Assembly (NCBI GenBank): GCA_965225945.1
Contig: CBDDBZ010000036.1
Location: 96,001 to 160,000, forward strand
Direction: 5' to 3'
DNA from: Alphaproteobacteria bacterium
GTDB lineage: Bacteria; Pseudomonadota; Alphaproteobacteria; GCA-2731375
Length of the DNA stretch: 64,000 nt
Shown: piece after piece, positions 1-9,231 of the stretch
Position numbering within the stretch: the first letter of the stretch is position 1
How the letters are laid out: each line of letters begins with the position of its first letter
Notes under the pieces: model-generated
Told to the model about the DNA's origin: nothing
Seen by the model: the letters and a program-made list of their open reading frames with translations, nothing else
Database searches by the model: none
Translations under genes and position numbers: made by a program

Positions 1-20
1 TCACACGGGGAGACGAAGCG

Positions 21-1256
21 ATGCAGGGGCGAGAGGTCGAAATCGAGGCCGCCGACGGCGGCACGTTCCAGGGCTATCTGAGCCTGCCCGAAGGCGGGAC
101 CGGCCCCGGCCTGGTGGTGCTGCAGGAGATCTTCGGGGTCAACGCGCACATCCGCGAGGTCTGCGACAGTTTCGCCGAGGAAGGCTACGTGACGCTGGCG
201 CCCGACCTGTTCTGGCGGGTCGAGCCGGGCCTCCAGCTCGGCTACGGCGAGGAGGACCGGGAGAAGGCCTTCGCCGTCCTCGGCCGCTTCGACGAGGACA
301 GGAGCGCGGAGGATATCGCCCAGACGGTCGCCCACCTCCGCGCGCACGAGGCCTGCGAGGGTGGCGTCGGCGCCATGGGCTTCTGCCTCGGCGGCAAGCT
401 CGCCTATCTGGCAGCGACGCGGGCCGGCGTCGAGTGCGCCATCGGCTATTACGGCGTCGGGATCGAGAACAACCTGGACGAACTGGACCGAGCCAATTGT
501 CCGATCCTGCTACACTTCGCGGGCGAGGACTCCCACGTGCCGCCGGCCTCGGTGGCCAAGATCGAAGCCGCCTGCGCCGAGCGCGAGGCGACGGAAATTT
601 ACACCTATCCCGGCGCCGAGCACGGCTTCAATTGCGGCGCGCGGCCTTCATACAGCCGGCCGACGGCGATCATGGCGCATTCGCGCTCCATCGCGCTGCT
701 GCACCGCACCCTTGGGCCGCGCTACGATCTGAGCGGACTTTGGGACGAGCATTGCGCCTGCGAGTTCGGCGCGCGCGACGCCAAGGCGACGATGGACACC
801 ATGGTGGCGGAGCCTTACGTCAACCACATCCCGACACTGACCGGCGGCGTCGGCTACCGCGATCTCTATCGCTTCTACAAGAACCACTTCATCCCCATGA
901 CGCCGGCCGACACCAGCCTGACGCCGATAAGCCGCACGGTGGGCGCCGACCGGGTGGTGGACGAGATGGTCTTCAGCTTCACCCACGACATCGAGATCGA
1001 CTGGATGCTCCCCGGCATCGCGCCGACGGGCAGGAAGGTCGAGGTGCCCTTGGTGGCGATCGTCTGCTTCCGGGGCGGCCGGCTCTACAACGAGCACATC
1101 TATTGGGACCAGGCCTCGGTGCTGGCGCAGATCGGGCTGTTGGACCCCGCGAAGCTGCCGATCGCGGGGGTGGAGACGGCCCGCAAGCTGGTGGACGAGA
1201 CCCTGCCGTCGAACGGGATGATGGCCAGATGGTCGGAAAGCGAGGGGCTGGAATAA
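21..1256 (+). CDS. Dienelactone hydrolase family protein fused to a C-terminal SnoaL-like domain
   Basis: QEIFGVN, GFCLGG nucleophile elbow, HGF motif; C-terminal PYVNHIPT...EHIYWDQASVL typical of the DLH-SnoaL fusion; RBS GGGAG upstream. Confidence 0.9.
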   Translation: MQGREVEIEAADGGTFQGYLSLPEGGTGPGLVVLQEIFGVNAHIREVCDSFAEEGYVTLAPDLFWRVEPGLQLGYGEEDREKAFAVLGRFDEDRSAEDIAQTVAHLRAHEACEGGVGAMGFCLGGKLAYLAATRAGVECAIGYYGVGIENNLDELDRANCPILLHFAGEDSHVPPASVAKIEAACAEREATEIYTYPGAEHGFNCGARPSYSRPTAIMAHSRSIALLHRTLGPRYDLSGLWDEHCACEFGARDAKATMDTMVAEPYVNHIPTLTGGVGYRDLYRFYKNHFIPMTPADTSLTPISRTVGADRVVDEMVFSFTHDIEIDWMLPGIAPTGRKVEVPLVAIVCFRGGRLYNEHIYWDQASVLAQIGLLDPAKLPIAGVETARKLVDETLPSNGMMARWSESEGLE

Positions 1257-1315
1257 CGGGAGAGTGCGGTGGAGACGATCTCGCGCCCAGAGGGCCGACC
1301 AATCGGCACCCTGCT

Positions 1316-2383
1316 TTAGAGGCGGGCGAGGTGGGCGTCGATGGCCTCGATCAGGATCGTCTGGCTGGTCTTGGCGAGACGCCGCCGGGCGTCGAGCAGT
1401 CTGCGATGCAGCTCCTCGTCCAGGCGGATCGTCAGGGCGACGCGCCGGTCGCCGGAAGACCCTATGTCGGCGGCCGATTGCAGCACCGTCTTGCCTAGGC
1501 CTTCCGCCGCCTTGCCGAGGAGCTCGGCGACGCTCTCGTCGCGCACCGCCACGCTCAGCGCCTCGGCCGGCGCGTGCTCGACGGCCTCCGCCTCATCCTC
1601 GTCGCGCCAGACCGCGACCCGCCAGCCTTGCGCGATCTGGAAATAGTGCACGTCGGCGCCCGCGTCCGGCGCCCGGTCGTGGCGTCCGAGATATTCGGCG
1701 CCGCCTCTCGCCATGGTGGAGGCGAGAACGGAAGCGGGTGCCGTGCCCTGATCCAGATCGTCGAGAAAGGCCTCGAGCGAACTCATCACCAGGCCCTGGA
1801 ACGAGCATCCGTGGCCCCGGCAGATATCCGCGAGGCAGGTGTGTTGAAGGGGCGTCAGGCGAAGGGTGAGGGACTTGCGCCGGCCGTGGACGGGCGGTCC
1901 GGGAAGCCCGGCGAGGTCGCGGGGCGGCCCCGGCACCGACGCTTCCTCGACGCTCGGCGCGAAGATTTCCGGCGTCTGCGCCATCGGGTCGGGCGCTGGT
2001 GGCAGCTCGGGCGCGGCGACGCGGGGCATCGGTGTTGGCGAGTCCTGGCTCCAGCGCGGCCGAGGGGCCTGCGGCGCGCGGCGAGAATCGGCCTCGAGGT
2101 CGGGGCGGGTGAGATCGTATCCGGACCCGCTGCCGAGTTCGGCGCGGCGCTGACGCTCGGCCTTGTGGACGTGCCGCCCGGCGCCGATCAGCGCCGCACT
2201 CAGGCTGGTGGCAGGTTGCGCGTCGGGCGTGGCCGGCGTCGAAGGCATTGCCTCGATCTCCCGGATCCGGGCCTGGAACTCGGCCCTCTCCGCCATCGTC
2301 AGCGGCGGTACGGTGGGTTCGCCGCTCGGCTCGATCCTGCGGGTGATCAGCCCGACGGTCAGTGACGCTGCGCTCTTTGACAT
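1316..2383 (-). CDS. Hypothetical ParA-partner protein with two predicted ribbon-helix-helix domains
   Basis: Directly downstream of parA; two RHH-like segments (RRKSLTLRLTPLQH...SSLEAFL and RRVALTIRLDEELHRRL...IEAIDAHL) separated by low-complexity linkers. Confidence 0.65.
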   Translation of the reverse strand: MSKSAASLTVGLITRRIEPSGEPTVPPLTMAERAEFQARIREIEAMPSTPATPDAQPATSLSAALIGAGRHVHKAERQRRAELGSGSGYDLTRPDLEADSRRAPQAPRPRWSQDSPTPMPRVAAPELPPAPDPMAQTPEIFAPSVEEASVPGPPRDLAGLPGPPVHGRRKSLTLRLTPLQHTCLADICRGHGCSFQGLVMSSLEAFLDDLDQGTAPASVLASTMARGGAEYLGRHDRAPDAGADVHYFQIAQGWRVAVWRDEDEAEAVEHAPAEALSVAVRDESVAELLGKAAEGLGKTVLQSAADIGSSGDRRVALTIRLDEELHRRLLDARRRLAKTSQTILIEAIDAHLARL

Positions 2384-2436
2384 CGATGCATCCCGTATCT
2401 GTTCGGCCGTTCACGATCGCTGGTCCGGCGGTCGCC

Positions 2437-3414
2437 TCAGGTGTTGCGTCGCCCGAAGGACGGCCCTCGTCGCTCGGGCCCGCTAGGCGTGCCCTTGTCC
2501 TGACGTCGGCGATCCGGTCCGAAGTAGGTCGGCGTTCGAGTCAGCCGGCGCTGGGCGAAAAACTGCTCCGCTGTCGGGGTTGGCTCGCGCTGAAGTTCGG
2601 CCGGGGCCGTCGGCGGTGTCGGGCGCTCGCTCGGCTCGGATTCCGGTTCGGGCGCCGCCGCGACGGGTTCGGGTTGGGGCGCCGCCACGACGGGTTCGGG
2701 TTCCGGCGCGGGCTCCGGTTCGGGGGCCGGGGCCGCGACCGGCGCCGCCACCTCGTCGGGTTGGGTTGCCGCCAATTCCTCGATCCGCGCCATGCGCGAG
2801 GCGATGTAATCCCAGAGCGCCGCCACCTCCTTGCCCGACTTGGAGCCCTTCGCGACCTCCATCACCGTGCGGCCGTCGGTCATGCTCGCGGCGAAGTCGA
2901 CCCGGTTATGGATGATCGTCGGCGCCACGGTGCCGTGCTGCGAGAGGGCCATCGCCGCATCGGCGGTGATCTTGGCGCGGCTGGCGGCGCTGTTGAGGAC
3001 GAAGATCATCGGCCGACGGTGCGATTCGACGATGTCGATGGTGGCGCCGACGGCGCGCAGGTCGTGCGGACTCGGCCGCGTCGGGATCACCACCAGATCG
3101 GCGTGACGCACCACCTCGCCGATGGCCGAGGTCGCCGCCGGCGGGGTGTCGATGACGATTAACGCGATGCCGAGGTCCTTGAGCTCCTGAATGTCGTTGG
3201 AAATGTTGTCGACATCGCTCACCTTGAGAACCAGCGAGTTGTCCTCGCGGGCATAACGCCACTGGGCGAGGCTGCGCTGCGGGTCGGTGTCGACCACCGC
3301 CACCGGCCCCTGGCCGGACAACTCGGCCTGGACCGCGATATGGCCGGAGAGCGTGGTCTTGCCGGACCCCCCTTTCTGCGAGGCGAATACCAAAACCTTC
3401 GAACCGGATGACAT
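2437..3414 (-). CDS. ParA family ATPase with Pro/Glu-rich linker and Arg-rich C-terminal tail
   Basis: Deviant Walker A QKGGSGKTT, VDTDPQRS, Walker B IVIDTPP; tail YFGPDRRR...GPERR. Confidence 0.9.
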   Translation of the reverse strand: MSSGSKVLVFASQKGGSGKTTLSGHIAVQAELSGQGPVAVVDTDPQRSLAQWRYAREDNSLVLKVSDVDNISNDIQELKDLGIALIVIDTPPAATSAIGEVVRHADLVVIPTRPSPHDLRAVGATIDIVESHRRPMIFVLNSAASRAKITADAAMALSQHGTVAPTIIHNRVDFAASMTDGRTVMEVAKGSKSGKEVAALWDYIASRMARIEELAATQPDEVAAPVAAPAPEPEPAPEPEPVVAAPQPEPVAAAPEPESEPSERPTPPTAPAELQREPTPTAEQFFAQRRLTRTPTYFGPDRRRQDKGTPSGPERRGPSFGRRNT

Positions 3415-3433
3415 GAGCGAGAACTCGTCCTTC

Positions 3434-3459
3434 TAGCGTTGTCGTTTAGCGTTGTCGTT
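3434..3459. repeat. Perfect 13-bp tandem repeat (TAGCGTTGTCGTT x2) just upstream of parA
   Basis: Seen directly, 20 bp before the ATG at 3414. Confidence 0.75.
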
Positions 3460-3694
3460 ACGAAAACCGGACGCGGGTTACCCGCCGGACGCCGCCAGGG
3501 ATGGAGGAAGTGTCTCCCGGTCGGGATCGATGGTGAGCTGTCGTCCTCGCAATTCGGCCTCCATCCGGCAAGATGATAGCACGTGACGTCGTGCGATGCC
3601 AAATTTCGCGTGGTGTCACGCGACGTCGATTTACGTGCGTTTCGGTGGTGATCGTGACAACACGGTAACACTGTTCGCGCCCGCGTCGCGGTCG

Positions 3695-4618
3695 TCACCC
3701 GGTCGTTTCGCTCGGGGCATGGACCCGGGCCCAATGGCGAGCGATATCGATCCGCTTGCAGACCCAAACGTCGTCGAAACCCGCCACGTATTCCAGGAAC
3801 CGTTGCAACCCCCGGGCCCGCGCGGGATGGCCTGAGAGGCGCATGTGGAGCCCGACGGACATCATCTTCGGGGCTTCCGCGCCTTCCTCGCGCAACAGGT
3901 CGAAGGCATCGCGAAGCCAGCGGAAGAAGTCTTCGCCGGTGCCCATGAAACCGCGAACGAATTTGGTATCGTTGTTGGTCAAAGTGTAGGGGACGATCAG
4001 ATGCGAGCGTCCGTCCAAGTTCGTCCAATATGGCAATTCATCATTGTAAGAGTCTGAATCGTAAATAAATCCGCCTTCCTCAAGCAAGAGTCTCCGGGTA
4101 TTGACACTGGGGCCGTAGCGGCAATACCAGCCCTCCGGCCGGGCGCCGACGGTCCGTTCCAGCGACTCGATCGCCATCCGGATGTGGCGCCGCTCCTCGT
4201 CCTCCGACAGCCGATAGTGCTCGATCCAGCGCCAGCCGTGACAGCAGACGTCGTGGCCGGCCTCGGTGATCGCGCGAGCGGCATCGGGATTGCGTTCGAG
4301 CGCCAGCGCGCAGCCGAATATGGTCAGTGGAAAATCATGCGCGGCGAAGAGCCGCATCAGGCGCCAGAAGCCGACGCGGCTGCCATATTCGAACATCGAT
4401 TCCGCGCCCAAGTCCCGATCGCCCCTGGGCACCGGCGAGGTCGGCGATTCCGTCAGATTGGCCTCGCTATAGCCGTCGCCCTCGGGCACGGCGTATTCCG
4501 AGCCCTCCTCGTAGTTGATCACGAAGTTGAGCGCCAGCCGCGCGCCGCCCGGCCACCGTGGGTCCGGCGGATTTGCCCCGTAGCCGACGAAATCGCGACG
4601 CTGTGCCTCGCCGTTCAT
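3695..4618 (-). CDS. puuE: Allantoinase PuuE / polysaccharide deacetylase family
   Basis: RDFVGYG, NYEEGSE, ESMFEYGSRVGFWR, YDSDSYNDELPYW, MMSVGLHMR; start at MNGEAQ. Confidence 0.85.
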   Translation of the reverse strand: MNGEAQRRDFVGYGANPPDPRWPGGARLALNFVINYEEGSEYAVPEGDGYSEANLTESPTSPVPRGDRDLGAESMFEYGSRVGFWRLMRLFAAHDFPLTIFGCALALERNPDAARAITEAGHDVCCHGWRWIEHYRLSEDEERRHIRMAIESLERTVGARPEGWYCRYGPSVNTRRLLLEEGGFIYDSDSYNDELPYWTNLDGRSHLIVPYTLTNNDTKFVRGFMGTGEDFFRWLRDAFDLLREEGAEAPKMMSVGLHMRLSGHPARARGLQRFLEYVAGFDDVWVCKRIDIARHWARVHAPSETTG

Positions 4619-4735
4619 TGCCTTCTCCCGCGTTTGTGTGAACCGATTTGTGGGAACGGTTGCCCGACCCCTCGCGAGGCGCCATGCTCCGGGCGCCCTG
4701 AGCCCGCAGGGCATTCCAACCCAGGGGAGGCGCCG

Positions 4736-5515
4736 GTGTCCAGCCAGCAATTCTGCAGCGTCGAACGCGACGGTCATCTGATGATCGTGACCCTGAACCG
4801 ACCGGAGGTGATGAACGCGCTGCATCCGCCGGCCTGTTTCGAGTTGAGCGCGGTGTTCGATGCCTTCGAGGCCGATCCCGAACTCTGGATCGGCATCCTG
4901 ACCGGTGCCGGGAATCGCGCCTTCTGCGCCGGCAACGATCTCAAATATCAGGCCGCCGGCAACGACATGACCCGGCCCGAGAGCGGCTTCGGCGGCTTCA
5001 CCAAGCGATTCAATTCCACCAAACCCTGGATCGCGGCGGTGAACGGCGTCGCCATGGGCGGCGGCTTCGAGCTGGCACTCGCCTGCGACATCATCATCGC
5101 CGCCGAGAACGCGCGCTTCGCGCTACCCGAGCCGCGCGTGGGCCTCGCGGCCAGGGGCGGCGGCCTGGCGCGGCTGCCGCGGCAAATGCCCCTGAAGCAG
5201 GCGATGGGCATGATCCTGACCGGGCGGCACGTTCCGGCGGCGGAGGGCGCCAGCCTCGGTTTCGTCACCGCGCTGGCGCCCCAGCGCGAGGCGCTGGCCG
5301 AGGCCAGGCGATGGGCCGGGCTGATCCTCGAATGCTCGCCGATGTCGATCCGCGCCTCCAAGCAGGCGGTCACCCGGGGGCTGGACATGGCTAGCCTCGC
5401 GCAATCCTATGGCGAGGACTATCCGGCCGTCCTGGAGCTGTTCGCCAGCGAGGACTTTGTCGAGGGCCCGAAGGCCTTCGCGGAGAAACGCAAGCCCGAC
5501 TGGAAGGGACGCTGA
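4736..5515 (+). CDS. Enoyl-CoA hydratase/isomerase
   Basis: TLNRPEVMNAL, FCAGNDL, AVNGVAMGGGFELALACD, PEPRVGL; GTG start after GGGGAGG. Confidence 0.9.
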   Translation: MSSQQFCSVERDGHLMIVTLNRPEVMNALHPPACFELSAVFDAFEADPELWIGILTGAGNRAFCAGNDLKYQAAGNDMTRPESGFGGFTKRFNSTKPWIAAVNGVAMGGGFELALACDIIIAAENARFALPEPRVGLAARGGGLARLPRQMPLKQAMGMILTGRHVPAAEGASLGFVTALAPQREALAEARRWAGLILECSPMSIRASKQAVTRGLDMASLAQSYGEDYPAVLELFASEDFVEGPKAFAEKRKPDWKGR

Positions 5516-5587
5516 CGGCGCGACAGGTTTCATTAGTCCGAGTTCCCATCAGGTTCGCTCATTCGCCTCGTTACCGAGTCATACATC

Positions 5588-6078
5588 CGGCGTGGTCTCG
5601 AGCTCTTCACCGTGCACCACCATCGCGGCCTGCCGGACACGCAAGACCCGAAGCTGAATTCCCACAGCAAGCTGAACTGCATCATCGCGATGATCCAGGC
5701 GATCAAGGCCGGCGCCGACGAGGCCTTGATGCTCGACCCCCAGGGCTTCGTCTCGACCTGCAATTCGGTCAACTTCTTCATCGTGCGCAAGGGCGAGGTC
5801 TGGACCTCGACCGGCGACTATTGCCTGAACGGGATTACCCGGGCCAAGGTGATCGAGCTCTGCCGCGACGCCCAAATCCCGGTCTTCGAGCGCAACTATT
5901 CCCTGCTCGATACCTATGGCGCCGACGAGGCTTTCACCACCGGCACCTTCGGCGCCCAGACGCCGGTGGTGGAGATCGACGGGCGAACCATCGGCGAGGG
6001 CGCGCGCCCGGCCCGATCTTCCACCGCATTCGCGCGCTCTACAAGGATCTGGTGCGCCGTGACTGCGGCCTCGATTAG
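5588..6078 (+). pseudogene. 5'-truncated class IV (branched-chain/D-amino acid) aminotransferase fragment
   Basis: SHSKLN (PLP lysine), DEALMLD, LNGITR, DEAFTTGT; no start codon (in-frame TAG at 5534); 2-bp frameshift near 6003 relative to the duplicate copy. Confidence 0.8.
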
Positions 6079-6201
6079 CCGTGTCGATTACGGAGACACG
6101 CCCGTCGTCCACGATGAGCGCAACTTGGCACTTGGGCCGACGGGTGGTCGAGGGCAGGTGGCGGTCAGAGGCTCCGCCTCGATCTTACACTATTGGTAAT
6201 T
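5947..6201 (+). repeat. Direct repeat copy 1 (~255 bp; aminotransferase 3' end plus downstream DNA)
   Basis: Near-identical to 8110-8362. Confidence 0.95.
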
Positions 6202-6312
6202 GTGTAATCTTCAACGACCGCCGGGATGGCAGAGGGTTGCGACGTTTTCCAGACGCTCCTACCATGCCGAAAGGCGATCCAAATGGGGAATGCCGGTTGA
6301 GAAGAGGATGAA

Positions 6313-7314
6313 TTGATGAAACCGCGCCGTTCCTTTTGGTCCGCCGCACTTTTCCTGAGCCTCATTGCGCCCTCCGCACAGGCCGCCGGATTTGAGCGGG
6401 CCACGGTTGCGGCCGCGCAACCGATAGACATTGGGATCTGGTATCCATCCAACGATCCGCAACCTGATGAATTCAACACACCCTTCCGGCAAGCGGTCGC
6501 AATCGGAGGGGAACCAACGGGCGAGGGGCTGCCCCTCGTCGTGCTGTCGCACGGTTACGGTGGCTGGATGGGAGGTCATGCCGATACGGCGCTGGCGCTG
6601 GCCGAAGCCGGATTTGTTGCGGTCGCCCCTACTCATCCCGGAAGCAACTACGAGGACAAAAGCGCCCCGCCGTCCGAATGGATGGTATCGCGTCCTCGAC
6701 ATATCAGCTCTGTCATCGACTTCATGCTTGAAGAATGGGGACATTCCCGACGGCTCGCGCCCGGACAGATCGGCGTTTTTGGGTTTTCGGCCGGTGGCTA
6801 CACCGCCCTCGTCGCCGCGGGCGCAACACCGGACATTGCGCTGGCGATCGAGCACTGTGCGGGCAACCCCGCGGAGTTCCTGTGCCGGATCGGTCTGGTG
6901 GATAAGGTGGCAGCGAGCAGTCTTCGCACGGGCGATGCGGCGTTCTCGTCGGACCCGCGCATTCGCGCGATCAGCATTGCAGCCCCCGGCCTGGGCTTCG
7001 CCTTTGGGCGCGACGGGCTGGCCGACCTCTCGGTACCGGTCCAGATTTGGTCGGGATCATTGGATGACAGAGTTCCGCATGAGACGAATGTCGCACCGCT
7101 CGCCAAACAGCTTCCCAGGCCGGCTGAAGTGCAGGTGGTCGATCAGGCGGGGCACTTTGCCTTTCTTACACCCTGCAATCCGGCGTTCGAAGACGCCAAT
7201 CCGCGTATCTGGAACAAGATCTGCGTTGACACGCCCGGCTTCGACCAGACTGCTTTCCACGACATCATGAATGCCGGTATCATCGCGTTCTTCGATCGCA
7301 CGTTGAAGAATTAG
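6313..7314 (+). CDS. Secreted alpha/beta hydrolase (predicted dienelactone hydrolase-like)
   Basis: Signal peptide, IWYP, PLVVLSHG, GFSAGG, AGHFAFL. Confidence 0.85.
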   Translation: MMKPRRSFWSAALFLSLIAPSAQAAGFERATVAAAQPIDIGIWYPSNDPQPDEFNTPFRQAVAIGGEPTGEGLPLVVLSHGYGGWMGGHADTALALAEAGFVAVAPTHPGSNYEDKSAPPSEWMVSRPRHISSVIDFMLEEWGHSRRLAPGQIGVFGFSAGGYTALVAAGATPDIALAIEHCAGNPAEFLCRIGLVDKVAASSLRTGDAAFSSDPRIRAISIAAPGLGFAFGRDGLADLSVPVQIWSGSLDDRVPHETNVAPLAKQLPRPAEVQVVDQAGHFAFLTPCNPAFEDANPRIWNKICVDTPGFDQTAFHDIMNAGIIAFFDRTLKN

Positions 7315-7325
7315 TGCATCTATAA

Positions 7326-8095
7326 ATTACGGTGACAGTGCACTCATTTGACAAATCCTCCGCATGGAGGGAGATTTCGTGCATGGCCCGTCTTGCCCGC
7401 ATCGTCGTTCCCGGCGTCCCGCATCACGTGACCCAACGTGGCAACTGTCGACAGTAGACATTTTTCCACGACGAGGATTACGTCTTTTACCGCGATCTGC
7501 TCGGCCGCGAATGCCGGGCCGCCGAAGTCGAGGTCTGGGCCTGGTGTCTGATGCCCAACCACGTTCATCTGATCCTGGTGCCCGCCGATTCGGACGGCGT
7601 GCGGCGTGCGCTCGCCCGCGTGCGCTCGCCCGCGTGCATCGCGCCCATGCCGGGCGAATTCACGCGCGGCTGGAGCGGACCGGCCACTTCTGGCAGGGAC
7701 GCTTTGGCGCAGTGGCGATGGATGAGGCGCATCTGGCCGCGGCGGTGCGCTATGTCCTGCTCAATCCCGTGCGGGCTCGGCTGGTCGAGCTTGCCCGTGA
7801 CTGGCCCTGGTCGAGCCTGCATGCGCATCTATCCGGCCGTGACGACGGCGCCACGACGCCCGGCGCCCTCGATCCACGACTCCCCGACATCGCCACCCTG
7901 CTGGCGGGGGGTGAGGGGGACGACGCCGTGCATGACCGGCTGCGCCGCGCGGAATGCATCGGGCGCCCCCTCGGCGACGCGGCATTCATCGAGACGATCG
8001 AAACCCTCCTCGGCCGCTGCATCACGCCACGAAAGCCCGGCCGGAAACCGAAGTCGAACGCCGAGGGACGAAAATGAGTGCACTGTCACCGTAAT
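7326..8095 (+). mobile_element. TIR-bounded Y1/HUH (RAYT/TIRYT-like) element
   Basis: Perfect 24-bp inverted repeats ATTACGGTGACAGTGCACTCATTT (7326-7349) and AAATGAGTGCACTGTCACCGTAAT (8072-8095) enclose a Y1 transposase. Confidence 0.8.
7383..8077 (+). pseudogene. REP-associated-type tyrosine (HUH) transposase, inactivated
   Basis: MARLARIVVPGVPHHVTQRGN, CLMPNHVHL (HUH), FWQGRF, YVLLNPVRA, WPWSS; in-frame TAG at 7455 and a 14-bp duplication at 7604-7631 that shifts the frame. Confidence 0.85.
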
Positions 8096-8109
8096 CGTCA
8101 CCGTAATCA

Positions 8110-8362
8110 CTTCGGCGCCCAGACGCCGGTGGTGGAGATCGACGGGCGAACCATCGGCGAGGGCGCGCCCGGCCCGATCTTCCACCGCATTCGCGCGCTC
8201 TACAAGGATCTGGTGCGCCGTGACTGCGGCCTCGATTAGCCGTGTCGATTACGGAGACACGCCCGTCGTCCACGATGAGCGCAACTTGGCACTTGGGCCG
8301 ACGGGTGGTCGAGGGCAGGTGGCGGTCAGAGGCTCCGCCTCGATCTTACATTATTGGTAATT
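8110..8362 (+). repeat. Direct repeat copy 2 (aminotransferase 3' end, in frame in this copy)
   Basis: Near-identical to 5947-6201; begins immediately after the right TIR region. Confidence 0.95.
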
Positions 8363-8444
8363 CTGTCATCTGCTAAAATAGCATTTCAAAGAAGACGCCC
8401 CGCCGGCCAAGGCCGACGGAGCTTTGATCAGTCGGGATCGGGCG

Positions 8445-8555
8445 TCAGACAAACGCCGGCATGACCTCTTCGGCGAAGAGTTCCATCGACTTCAGGACCC
8501 GCTCGTGGGCCAGGTCGCCGAACCAGAAGTTGGCGTTGAAGTGGTCGATCCCCAT
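8445..8555 (-). pseudogene. C-terminal fragment of an LLM-class flavin-dependent oxidoreductase
   Basis: Translates to GIDHFNANFWFGDLAHERVLKSMELFAEEVMPAFV*, a typical luciferase-like C-terminus. Confidence 0.65.
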
Positions 8556-8570
8556 GAGAGAGTATTCGGG

Positions 8571-8879
8571 ATGAAATTCGCAACGATGGATGCACTCAGA
8601 CTTCTGGGATTGATCGCATTTATGATCGCCTGGCTCGGCGCCGCGATTTCCTGGTTCGCGATGGTATATTTCGGTCTACGGACCTGGGTGGAGCGCCGCG
8701 ATGGCTTGTGGCGGCGACATCGCCCCCTTCCCCTCATGGGGAGTGAGCCGGTCGGCAATGCCAGCTATACCGCCGCGGGCATCCGGTACCGCAAACGCTG
8801 TCTCTACAGCGTATTTGCATTCGTCGCCTTTTGGGGCCTCGGATTCATTGTTGGGATACTGACGTTCCCCGAGGGATGA
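8571..8879 (+). CDS. Small hypothetical membrane protein (2 TM)
   Basis: Two hydrophobic helices; start uncertain. Confidence 0.55.
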   Translation: MKFATMDALRLLGLIAFMIAWLGAAISWFAMVYFGLRTWVERRDGLWRRHRPLPLMGSEPVGNASYTAAGIRYRKRCLYSVFAFVAFWGLGFIVGILTFPEG

Positions 8880-9108
8880 ATTTGCGCCCACGACCTACCC
8901 GCAAAGCCTGGGCGCGCCGCCGTCGGCGATGGGGCGGCCGTGGCGAAGGCGGGAGATGCCGGACAATGGTCAAGCGTATCACCCATTTGGGTGTTAATCC
9001 GACTTTCTATATTCCAACAATAATTCTCGCCTCGGTAGGCGCGCACAAACGGGTCGTTTCTGTGGTGCCTCCCCTCACCTGCGGAAATCCGCCAATTCTG
9101 TGTTTATA

Positions 9109-9231
9109 CTGACACTATTCCTAATAGTGTCAGGTGCGTCGCACTGTTCTGGCCACTGGAATTCTTCAAACAGAATCAAATACTTGCCCGCACCAACCAT
9201 AATTCTGACAGTTCTCTTGGAATAGTGTCAG
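9109..9231. repeat. AT-rich ~125-bp MITE-like palindromic element
   Basis: CTGACACTATTCC (9109-9121) is the inverse of GGAATAGTGTCAG (9219-9231); internal hairpin at 9109-9133. Confidence 0.55.

Noticed and set aside
21-1256. DLH-SnoaL fusion as a novelty
   Set aside because: This is a known, widespread architecture.
7455-7457. Recoded TAG (pyrrolysine or read-through) in the Y1 transposase
   Set aside because: The gene also has a 14-bp frameshifting duplication, and TAG is used as a normal stop elsewhere in the window.
5947-8362. Diversity-generating retroelement TR/VR pair
   Set aside because: There is no reverse transcriptase, and the differences are a GC indel and a C/T change, not adenine-specific substitutions.
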